This document shows positions 15,001 through 19,864 of a stretch of DNA of 64,000 bases, in pieces (the stretch's first letter is position 1; each line of letters starts with the position of its first letter). Made by a program: the position numbers and the translations under genes. The stretch lies in contig OZ024745.1 in the NCBI GenBank assembly GCA_964016885.1, forward strand, positions 8,370,001-8,434,000, read 5' to 3'. The notes under the pieces are model-generated. The model searched no databases. It was not told the origin of the DNA and saw only the letters and a list, made by a program, of their open reading frames with translations. This DNA is from Eledone cirrhosa (Eukaryota).

Positions 15001-18000
15001 TTCTGGCAGTAATATCTACCATATAGGTGGTGCCAGGTGTACAATAACATGTGGAGGTGTGTCAAGAGTTTCTGACAGTAATATCTACCATATAGGTGGT
15101 GCCAGGTGTACAATAACATGTGGAGGTGTGTCAAGAGTTTCTGACAGTAATGTCTACCATATAGGTGGTGCCAGATGTACAATAACATCTGGAGGAGGTG
15201 TGTCAAGAGTTTCTGACAGTAATGTCTACCATATAGGTGGTGCCAGATGTACAATAACATGTGGAGGAGGTGTATCAAGCGTTTCTGACAGTAATATCTA
15301 CCATATAGGTGGTGCCAGATGTACAATAACATGTGGAGGAGGTGTGTCAAGAGTTTCTGACAGTAATGTCTACCATATAGGTGGTGCCAGATGTACAATA
15401 ACATGTGGAGGAGGTCTGTCAAGAGTTTCTGACAGTAATGTCTACCATATAGGTGGTGCCAGATGTACAATAACATGTGGAGGAGGTGTGTCAAGAGTTT
15501 CTGACAGTAATATCTACCATATAGGTGGTGCCAGGTGTACAATAACATGTGGAGGAGGTGTGTCAAGAGTTTCTGACAGTAATATCTACCATATAGGTGG
15601 TGCCAGATGTACAATAACATGTGGATAGGATGTGTCAAGAGTTTCTGACAGTAATGTCTACCATATAGGTGGTGCCAGGTGTACAATAACATGTGGAGGT
15701 GTGTCAAGAGTTTCTGACAGTAATATCTACCATATAGGTGGTGCCAGGTGTACAATAACATGTGGATGGGATGTGTCAAGAGTTTCTGACAGTAATGTCT
15801 ACCATATAGGTGGTGCCAGGTGTACAATAACATGTGGAGGTGTTTCAAGAGTTTCTGACAGTAATATCTACCATATAGGTGGTGCCAGGTGTACAATAAC
15901 ATGTGGAGGTGTGTCAAGAGTTTCTGACAGTAATATCTACCATATAGTTGGTGCCAGGTGTACAATAACATGTGGGGGTGTGTCAAGAGTTTCTGGCAGT
16001 AATATCTACCATATAGGTGGTGCCAGGTGTACAATAACATGTGGAGGTGTGTCAAGAGTTTCTGACAGTAATATCTACCATATAGTTGGTGCCAGGTGTA
16101 CAATAACATGTGGGGGTGTGTCAAGAGTTTCTGGCAGTAATATCTACCATATAGGTGGTGCCAGGTGTACAATAACATGTGGAGGTGTGTCAAGAGTTTC
16201 TGACAGTAATATCTACCATATAGGTGGTGCCAGATGTACAATAACATGTGGAGGTGTGTCAAGAGTTTCTGACAGTAATGTCTACCATATAGGTGGTGCC
16301 AGATGTACAATAACATGTGGAGGAGGTGTGTCAAGAGTTTCTGACAGTAATGTCTACCATATAGGTGGTGCCAGATGTACAATAACATGTGGAGGAGGTG
16401 TATCAAGAGTTTCTGACAGTAATATCTACCATATAGGTGGTGCCAGATGTACAATAACATGTGGAGGAGGTGTGTCAAGAGTTTCTGACAGTAATGTCTA
16501 CCATATAGGTGGTGCCAGATGTACAATAACATGTGGAGGAGGTGTGTCAAGAGTTTCTGACAGTAATGTCTACCATATAGGTGGTGCCAGATGTACAATA
16601 ACATGTGGAGGAGGTGTGTCAAGAGTTTCTGACAGTAATATCTACCATATAGGTGGTGCCAGGTGTACAATAACATGTGGAGGAGGTGTGTCAAGAGTTT
16701 CTGACAGTAATATCTACCATATAGGTGGTGCCAGGTGTACAATAACATGTGGAGGAGGTGTGTCAAGAGTTTCTGACAGTAATATCTACCATATAGGTGG
16801 TGCCAGGTGTACAATAACATGTGGAGGTGTGTCAAGAGTTTCTGACAGTAATGTCTACCATATAGGTGGTGCCTGGTGTACAATAACATGTGGAGGTGAT
16901 ATGTCAAGAGTTTCTGACAGTAATATCTACCATATAGGTGGTGCCAGATGTACAATAACATGTGGATGGGATGTGTCAAGAGTTTCTGACAGTAATGTCT
17001 ACCATATAGGTGGTGCCAGGTGTACAATAACATGTGGAGGTGTGTCAAGAGTTTCTGACAGTAATATCTACCATATAGGTGGTGCCAGGTGTACAATAAC
17101 ATGTGGAGGTGTGTCAAGAGTTTCTGACAGTAATATCTACCATATAGTTGGTGCCAGGTGTACAATAACATGTGGGGGTGTGTCAAGAGTTTCTGGCAGT
17201 AATATCTACCATATAGGTGGTGCCAGGTGTACAATAACATGTGGAGGTGTGTCAAGAGTTTCTGACAGTAATATCTACCATATAGGTGGTGCCAGGTGTA
17301 CAATAACATGTGGAGGTGTGTCAAGAGTTTCTGACAGTAATGTCTACCATATAGGTGGTGCCAGATGTACAATAACATCTGGAGGAGGTGTGTCAAGAGT
17401 TTCTGACAGTAATGTCTACCATATAGGTGGTGCCAGATGTACAATAACATGTGGAGGAGGTGTATCAAGCGTTTCTGACAGTAATATCTACCATATAGGT
17501 GGTGCCAGATGTACAATAACATGTGGAGGAGGTGTGTCAAGAGTTTCTGACAGTAATGTCTACCATATAGGTGGTGCCAGATGTACAATAACATGTGGAG
17601 GAGGTGCGTCAAGAGTTTCTGACAGTAATGTCTACCATATAGGTGGTGCCAGATGTACAATAACATGTGGAGGAGGTGTGTCAAGAGTTTCTGACAGTAA
17701 TATCTACCATATAGGTGGTGCCAGGTGTACAATAACATGTGGAGGAGGTGTGTCAAGAGTTTCTGACAGTAATATCTACCATATAGGTGGTGCCAGATGT
17801 ACAATAACATGTGGATAGGATGTGTCAAGAGTTTCTGACAGTAATGTCTACCATATAGGTGGTGCCAGGTGTACAATAACATGTGGAGGTGTGTCAAGAG
17901 TTTCTGACAGTAATATCTACCATATAGGTGGTGCCAGGTGTACAATAACATGTGGATGGGATGTGTCAAGAGTTTCTGACAGTAATGTCTACCATATAGG

Positions 18001-19079
18001 TGGTGCCAGGTGTACAATAACATGTGGAGGTGTTTCAAGAGTTTCTGACAGTAATATCTACCATATAGGTGGTGCCAGGTGTACAATAACATGTGGAGGT
18101 GTGTCAAGAGTTTCTGACAGTAATATCTACCATATAGTTGGTGCCAGGTGTACAATAACATGTGGGGGTGTGTCAAGAGTTTCTGGCAGTAATATCTACC
18201 ATATAGGTGGTGCCAGGTGTACAATAACATGTGGAGGTGTGTCAAGAGTTTCTGACAGTAATATCTACCATATAGTTGGTGCCAGGTGTACAATAGCATG
18301 TGGGGGTGTGTCAAGAGTTTCTGGCAGTAATATCTACCATATAGGTGGTGCCAGGTGTACAATAACATGTGGAGGTGTGTCAAGAGTTTCTGACAGTAAT
18401 ATCTACCATATAGGTGGTGCCAGATGTACAATAACATGTGGAGGTGTGTCAAGAGTTTCTGACAGTAATGTCTACCATATAGGTGGTGCCAGATGTACAA
18501 TAACATGTGGAGGAGGTGTGTCAAGAGTTTCTGACAGTAATGTCTACCATATAGGTGGTGCCAGATGTACAATAACATGTGGAGGAGGTGTATCAAGAGT
18601 TTCTGACAGTAATATCTACCATATAGGTGGTGCCAGATGTACAATAACATGTGGAGGAGGTGTGTCAAGAGTTTCTGACAGTAATGTCTACCATATAGGT
18701 GGTGCCAGATGTACAATAACATGTGGAGGAGGTGTGTCAAGAGTTTCTGACAGTAATGTCTACCATATAGGTGGTGCCAGATGTACAATAACATGTGGAG
18801 GAGGTGTGTCAAGAGTTTCTGACAGTAATATCTACCATATAGGTGGTGCCAGGTGTACAATAACATGTGGAGGAGGTGTGTCAAGAGTTTCTGACAGTAA
18901 TATCTACCATATAGGTGGTGCCAGGTGTACAATAACATGTGGAGGAGGTGTGTCAAGAGTTTCTGACAGTAATATCTACCATATAGGTGGTGCCAGGTGT
19001 ACAATAACATGTGGAGGTGTGTCAAGAGTTTCTGACAGTAATGTCTACCATATAGGTGGTGCCTGGTGTACAATAACAT
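3..19079 (-). CDS. Candidate giant repeat ORF (at least 6359 aa, unit MLLYTWHHLYGRYYCQKLLTHL(L)H); coding status unproven
   Basis: Manual translation of the monomer and every variant I noticed gave no stop in this frame, except TAG at 19136-19134 in the outermost unit. First ATG is at 19079 and the frame runs off the window. No stop-terminated minus ORF is listed here in the track, consistent with no internal stop. Confidence 0.15.
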   Translation of the reverse strand, partial: MLLYTRHHLYGRHYCQKLLTHLHMLLYTWHHLYGRYYCQKLLTHLLHMLLYTWHHLYGRYYCQKLLTHLLHMLLYTWHHLYGRYYCQKLLTHLLHMLLYIWHHLYGRHYCQKLLTHLLHMLLYIWHHLYGRHYCQKLLTHLLHMLLYIWHHLYGRYYCQKLLIHLLHMLLYIWHHLYGRHYCQKLLTHLLHMLLYIWHHLYGRHYCQKLLTHLHMLLYIWHHLYGRYYCQKLLTHLHMLLYTWHHLYGRYYCQKLLTHPHMLLYTWHQLYGRYYCQKLLTHLHMLLYTWHHLYGRYYCQKLLTHPHMLLYTWHQLYGRYYCQKLLTHLHMLLYTWHHLYGRYYCQKLLKHLHMLLYTWHHLYGRHYCQKLLTHPIHMLLYTWHHLYGRYYCQKLLTHLHMLLYTWHHLYGRHYCQKLLTHPIHMLLYIWHHLYGRYYCQKLLTHLLHMLLYTWHHLYGRYYCQKLLTHLLHMLLYIWHHLYGRHYCQKLLTHLLHMLLYIWHHLYGRHYCQKLLTHLLHMLLYIWHHLYGRYYCQKRLIHLLHMLLYIWHHLYGRHYCQKLLTHLLQMLLYIWHHLYGRHYCQKLLTHLHMLLYTWHHLYGRYYCQKLLTHLHMLLYTWHHLYGRYYCQKLLTHPHMLLYTWHQLYGRYYCQKLLTHLHMLLYTWHHLYGRYYCQKLLTHLHMLLYTWHHLYGRHYCQKLLTHPIHMLLYIWHHLYGRYYCQKLLTYHLHMLLYTRHHLYGRHYCQKLLTHLHMLLYTWHHLYGRYYCQKLLTHLLHMLLYTWHHLYGRYYCQKLLTHLLHMLLYTWHHLYGRYYCQKLLTHLLHMLLYIWHHLYGRHYCQKLLTHLLHMLLYIWHHLYGRHYCQKLLTHLLHMLLYIWHHLYGRYYCQKLLIHLLHMLLYIWHHLYGRHYCQKLLTHLLHMLLYIWHHLYGRHYCQKLLTHLHMLLYIWHHLYGRYYCQKLLTHLHMLLYTWHHLYGRYYCQKLLTHPHMLLYTWHQLYGRYYCQKLLTHLHMLLYTWHHLYGRYYCQKLLTHPHMLLYTWHQLYGRYYCQKLLTHLHMLLYTWHHLYGRYYCQKLLKHLHMLLYTWHHLYGRHYCQKLLTHPIHMLLYTWHHLYGRYYCQKLLTHLHMLLYTWHHLYGRHYCQKLLTHPIHMLLYIWHHLYGRYYCQKLLTHLLHMLLYTWHHLYGRYYCQKLLTHLLHMLLYIWHHLYGRHYCQKLLTDLLHMLLYIWHHLYGRHYCQKLLTHLLHMLLYIWHHLYGRYYCQKRLIHLLHMLLYIWHHLYGRHYCQKLLTHLLQMLLYIWHHLYGRHYCQKLLTHLHMLLYTWHHLYGRYYCQKLLTHLHMLLYTWHHLYGRYYCQKLLTHPHMLLYTWHQLYGRYYCQKLLTHLHMLLYTWHHLYGRYYCQKLLTHLDMLLYTWHHLYGRHYCQKLLTHPIHMLLYIWHHLYGRHYCQKLLTYPIHMLLYIWHHLYGRHYCQKLLTHPIHMLLYIWHHLYGRHYCQKLLTHLHMLLYVWHHLYGRYYCQKLLTYPLHMLLYTWHHLYGRHYCQKLLTYPLHMLLYTWHHLYGRHYCQKLLTHLHMLLYTWYHLYGRHYCQKLLTHLHMLLYTWHHLYGRYYCQKLLTHLLHMLLYTWHHLYGRYYCQKLLTHLLHMLLYTWHHLYGRYYCQKLLSHLLHMLLYTWHHLYGRYYFQKLLTHLLHMLLYTWHHLYGRYYCQKLLTHLHMLLYTWHRLYGRYYCHKLLTHLHMLLYTWHHLYGRYYCQKLLTHLHMLLYTWHQLYGRYYCQKLLTHLHMLLYTWHHLYGRYYCQKLLTHLHMLLYTWHHLYGRHYCQKLMTHPIHMLLYIWHHLYGRHYCQKLLTHLHMLLYVWHHLYGRYYCQKLLTYPLHMLLYTWHHLYGRHYCQKLLTYPLHMLLYTWHHLYGRHYCQKLLTHLHMLLYTWYHLYGRHYCQKLLTHLHMLLYTWHHLYGRYYCQKLLTHPHMLLYTWHQLYGRYYCQKLLTHLHMLLYTWHHLYGRYYCQKLLTHLHMLLYTWHHLYGRHYCQKLLTHPIHMLLYIWHHLYGRHYCQKLLTYPIHMLLYIWHHLYGRHYCQKLLTYPFHMLLYIWHHLYGRHYCQKLLTYPIHMLLYIWHHLYGRHYCQKLLTHPIHMLLYIWHHLYGRHYCQKLLTHLHMLLYVWHHLYGRYYCQKLLTYPLHMLLYTWHHLYGRHYCQKLLTYPLHMLLYTWHHLYGRHYCQKLLTHLHMLLYTWYHLYGRHYCQKLLTHLHMLLYTWHHLYGRYYCQKLLTHLLHMLLYTWHHLYGRYYCQKLLTHLLHMLLYTWHHLYGRYYCQKLLTHLLHMLLYTWHHLYGRYYCQKLLTHLLHMLLYTWHHLYGRYYCQKLLTHLLHMLLYIWHHLYGRHYCQKLLTHILHMLLYIWHHLYGRYYCQKLLTHLLHMLLYIWHHLYGRHYCQKLLTHLHMLLYTWHHLYGRYYCQKLLTYPIHMLLYIWHHLYGRHYCQKLLTYPFHMLLYIWHHLYGRHYCQKLLTYPIHMLLYIWHHLYGRHYCQKLLTHPIHMLLYIWHHLYGRHYCQKLLTHLHMLLYVWHHLYGRYYCQKLLTYPLHMLLYTWHHLYGRHYCQKLLTYPLHMLLYTWHHLYGRHYCQKLLTHLHMLLYTWYHLYGRHYCQKLLTHLHMLLYTWHHLYGRYYCQKLLTHLLHMLLYTWHHLYGRYYCQKLLTHLLHMLLYTWHHLYGRYYCQKLLTHLLHMLLYTWHHLYGRYYCQKLLTHLLHMLLYTWHHLYGRYYCQKLLTHLLHMLLYIWHHLYGRHYCQKLLTHILHMLLYIWHHLYGRYYCQKLLTHLLHMLLYIWHHLYGRHYCQKLLTHLHMLLYTWHHLYGRYYCQKLLTHPIHMLLYTWHHLYGRYYCQKLLTHLHMLLYTWHRLYGRYYCHKLLTHLHMLLYTWHPLYGRYYCQKLLTHLHMLLYTWHQLYGRYYCQKLLTHLHMLLYTWHHLYGRHYCQKLLTHLHMLLYTWHHLYGIYYCQKLLTHLHMLLYTWHHLYGRYYCQKLLTYPIHMLLYIWHHLYGRHYCQKLLTYPFHMLLYIWHHLYGRHYCQKLLTYPIHMLLYIWHHLYGRHYCQKLLTHPIHMLLYIWHHLYGRHYCQKLLTHLHMLLYVWHHLYGRYYCQKLLTYPLHMLLYTWHHLYGRHYCQKLLTYPLHMLLYTWHHLYGRHYCQKLLTHLHMLLYTWYHLYGRHYCQKLLTHLHMLLYTWHHLYGRYYCQKLLTHLLHMLLYTWHHLYGRYYCQKLLTHLLHMLLYTWHHLYGRYYCQKLLTHLLHMLLYTWHHLYGRYYCQKLLTHLLHMLLYTWHHLYGRYYCQKLLTHLLHMLLYIWHHLYGRHYCQKLLTHILHMLLYIWHHLYGRYYCQKLLTHLLHMLLYIWHHLYGRHYCQKLLTHLHMLLYTWHHLYGRYYCQKLLTHPIHMLLYTWHHLYGRYYCQKLLTHLHMLLYTWHRLYGRYYCHKLLTHLHMLLYTWHPLYGRYYCQKLLTHLHMLLYTWHQLYGRYYCQKLLTHLHMLLYTWHHLYGRHYCQKLLTHLHMLLYTWHHLYGIYYCQKLLTHLHMLLYTWHHLYGSHYCQKLLTHPIHMLLYIWHHLYGRHYCQKLLTYPIHMLLYIWHHLYGRHYCQKLLTHPIHMLLYIWHHLYGRHYCQKLLTHLHMLLYVWHHLYGRYYCQKLLTYPLHMLLYTWHHLYGRHYCQKLLTYPLHMLLYTWHHLYGRHYCQKLLTHLHMLLYTWYHLYGRHYCQKLLTHLHMLLYTWHHLYGRYYCQKLLTHLLQMLLYTWHHLYGRYYCQKLLTHLLHMLLYTWHHLYGRYYCQKLLTHLLHMLLYTWHHLYGRYYCQKLLTHLHMLLYTWHRLYGRYYCHKLLTHLHMLLYTWHHLYGRYYCQKLLTHLHMLLYTWHQLYGRYYCQKLLTHLHMLLYTWHHLYGRYYCQKLLTHLHMLLYTWHHLYGRHYCQKLLTHPIHMLLYIWHHLYGRHYCQKLLTHLHMLLYVWHHLYGRYYCQKLLTYPLHMLLYTWHHLYGRHYCQKLLTYPIHMLLYIWHHLYGRHYCQKLLTHLHMLLYTWHHLYGRYYCQKLLTYPIHMLLYIWHHLYGRHYCQKLLTYPFHMLLYIWHHLYGRHYCQKLLTYPIHMLLYIWHHLYGRHYCQKLLTHPIHMLLYIWHHLYGRHYCQKLLTHLHMLLYVWHHLYGRYYCQKLLTYPLHMLLYTWHHLYGRHYCQKLLTYPLHMLLYTWHHLYGRHYCQKLLTHLHMLLYTWYHLYGRHYCQKLLTHLHMLLYTWHHLYGRYYCQKLLTHLLHMLLYTWHHLYGRYYCQKLLTHLLHMLLYTWHHLYGRYYCQKLLTHLLHMLLYTWHHLYGRYYCQKLLTHLLHMLLYTWHHLYGRYYCQKLLTHLLHMLLYIWHHLYGRHYCQKLLTHILHMLLYIWHHLYGRYYCQKLLTHLLHMLLYIWHHLYGRHYCQKLLTHLHMLLYTWHHLYGRYYCQKLLTHPIHMLLYTWHHLYGRYYCQKLLTHLHMLLYTWHRLYGRYYCHKLLTHLHMLLYTWHPLYGRYYCQKLLTHLHMLLYTWHQLYGRYYCQKLLTHLHMLLYTWHHLYGRHYCQKLLTHLHMLLYTWHHLYGIYYCQKLLTHLHMLLYTWHHLYGSHYCQKLLTHPIHMLLYIWHHLYGRHYCQKLLTYPIHMLLYIWHHLYGRHYCQKLLTHPIHMLLYIWHHLYGRHYCQKLLTHLHMLLYVWHHLYGRYYCQKLLTYPLHMLLYTWHHLYGRHYCQKLLTYPLHMLLYTWHHLYGRHYCQKLLTHLHMLLYTWYHLYGRHYCQKLLTHLHMLLYTWHHLYGRYYCQKLLTHLLQMLLYTWHHLYGRYYCQKLLTHLLHMLLYTWHQLYGRYYCQKLLTHLLHMLLYTWHHLYGRYYCQKLLTHLHMLLYTWHRLYGRYYCHKLLTHLHMLLYTWHHLYGRYYCQKLLTHLHMLLYTWHQLYGRYYCQKLLTHLHMLLYTWHHLYGRYYCQKLLTHLHMLLYTWHHLYGRHYCQKLLTHPIHMLLYIWHHLYGRHYCQKLLTHLHMLLYVWHHLYGRYYCQKLLTYPLHMLLYTWHHLYGRHYCQKLLTYPIHMLLYIWHHLYGRHYCQKLLTHLHMLLYTWHHLYGRYYCQKLLTYPIHMLLYIWHHLYGRHYCQKLLTYPFHMLLYIWHHLYGRHYCQKLLTYPIHMLLYIWHHLYGRHYCQKLLTHPIHMLLYIWHHLYGRHYCQKLLTHLHMLLYVWHHLYGRYYCQKLLTYPLHMLLYTWHHLYGRHYCQKLLTYPLHMLLYTWHHLYGRHYCQKLLTHLHMLLYTWYHLYGRHYCQKLLTHLHMLLYTWHHLYGRYYCQKLLTHLLHMLLYTWHHLYGRYYCQKLLTHLLHMLLYTWHHLYGRYYCQKLLTHLLHMLLYTWHHLYGRYYCQKLLTHLLHMLLYTWHHLYGRYYCQKLLTHLLHMLLYIWHHLYGRHYCQKLLTHILHMLLYIWHHLYGRYYCQKLLTHLLHMLLYIWHHLYGRHYCQKLLTHLHMLLYTWHHLYGRYYCQKLLTHPIHMLLYTWHHLYGRYYCQKLLTHLHMLLYTWHRLYGRYYCHKLLTHLHMLLYTWHPLYGRYYCQKLLTHLHMLLYTWHQLYGRYYCQKLLTHLHMLLYTWHNLYGRHYCQKLLTHLHMLLYTWHHLYGIYYCQKLLTHLHMLLYTWHHLYGSHYCQKLLTHPIHMLLYIWHHLYGRHYCQKLLTYPIHMLLYIWHHLYGRHYCQKLLTHPIHMLLYIWHHLYGRHYCQKLLTHLHMLLYVWHHLYGRYYCQKLLTYPLHMLLYTWHHLYGRHYCQKLLTHLHMLLYTWYHLYGRHYCQKLLTHLHMLLYTWHHLYGRYYCQKLLTHLLQMLLYTWHHLYGRYYCQKLLTHLLHMLLYTWHHLYGRYYCQKLLTHLLHMLLYTWHHLYGRYYCQKLLTHLLHMLLYTWHHLYGRYYCQKLLTHLHMLLYTWHRLYGRYYCHKLLTHLHMLLYTWHHLYGRYYCQKLLTHLHMLLYTWHQLYGRYYCQKLLTHLHMLLYTWHHLYGRYYCQKLLTHLHMLLYTWHHLYGRHYCQKLLTHPIHMLLYIWHHLYGRHYCQKLLTHLHMLLYVWHHLYGRYYCQKLLTYPLHMLLYTWHHLYGRHYCQKLLTYPIHMLLYIWHHLYGRHYCQKLLTHLHMLLYVWHHLYGRYYCQKLLTYPLHMLLYTWHHLYGRHYCQKLLTYPLHMLLYTWHHLYGRHYCQKLLTHLHMLLYTWYHLYGRHYCQKLLTHLHMLLYTWHHLYGRYYCQKLLTHLLHMLLYTWHHLYGRYYCQKLLTHLLHMLLYTWHHLYGRYYCQKLLTH

Positions 19080-19207
19080 GTGGAGGTGATATGTCAAGAG
19101 TTTCTGACAGTAATATCTACCATATAGGTGGTGCTAGGTGTACAATAACATGTGGAGGAGATGAGACAGGAGTTTCAGACAGTAATAAGATAAAATGTTC
19201 TCATTAA
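5..19207 (+). other. Plus-strand open frame of the satellite (GGVSRVSDSNIYHIGGARCTITC)n, broken by 3 internal stops; probably not a gene
   Basis: Track ORFs starting at 5, 13652, 15632 and 17822 share one frame. Internal stops are TGA 13589-13591, TAG 15626-15628 and TAG 17816-17818 (the two TAGs are one mutation copied by the 2190-bp HOR). Confidence 0.15.
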
Positions 19208-19379
19208 CATCATTTTCAAAGTGTCCCACCCACCACCTGTTGGGCGTGCGCCGCACCTGGGGAATGACTACATAATTGGCACAGGAGTTAAGCAAACTCT
19301 AGCAAAAACTGTATGACGAAGTTTCAAAATACTTGAAGGACAATTCCGTGAATAAACGTGATCGCGAATGCCAGTGTAC

Positions 19380-19411
<32 letters not shown>

Positions 19412-19818
19412 ATCATGATGGCCAATTCAATAGGTTAGTCTTGTACTCCATTATTTTCACAGTGGTGCCTGGCTACATACCTTGCCCTCCTTCTCCACGG
19501 ACACGCAACTAAATAACAATAGCCTGCGTTTCCTTCAGGCTTGGCTTCCGGATCTGTGAGCCACACCAATGTCGCTGTGGATCCACCGTGGACTCTTTCG
19601 GCCTCCACCCGCTTTCCTGTCACCATAGTGTCGGCCGCCTTTCACGCCATGCTGCCCTCAACGAGGTCATTAAGCATGGCTTGGACGCTGCAGGGTTCCC
19701 TTCCACTTGCACCGACACTCTCTCCAGCCGCAACCTGGTGCAGTCTGCAACTAACCCAGGTTCTGCTGCACGTCGAGTTGCATACAATAGCGTCGGTGAT
19801 TAACTAACGCATACTTTA

Positions 19819-19858
<40 letters not shown>

Positions 19859-19864
<6 letters not shown>

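Larger units (their letters stand above)
1..19207. repeat. 69/72-bp tandem satellite array with higher-order repeat structure (continues beyond left edge)
   Basis: Monomer GGA(GGA)GGTGTGTCAAGAGTTTCTGACAGTAATRTCTACCATATAGGTGGTGCCAGRTGTACAATAACATGT is repeated about 270 times. Diagnostic variants recur at 3180-bp and 2190-bp spacing. The terminal monomer at 19140-19207 is diverged. Confidence 0.99.

Noticed and set aside
1-19207. CRISPR array or C2H2 zinc-finger array interpretation of the long repeat
   Set aside because: There are no unique spacers or cas genes and the context is eukaryotic. The unit is 23-24 aa rather than 28 aa and lacks CxxC..HxxxH and the TGEKP linker in every frame.
1-19207. 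Fibronectin type III-like TPGTTYMVDITVRN in one minus frame
   Set aside because: Only a 14-aa resemblance, in a frame with a stop in every monomer and no remainder of the domain.
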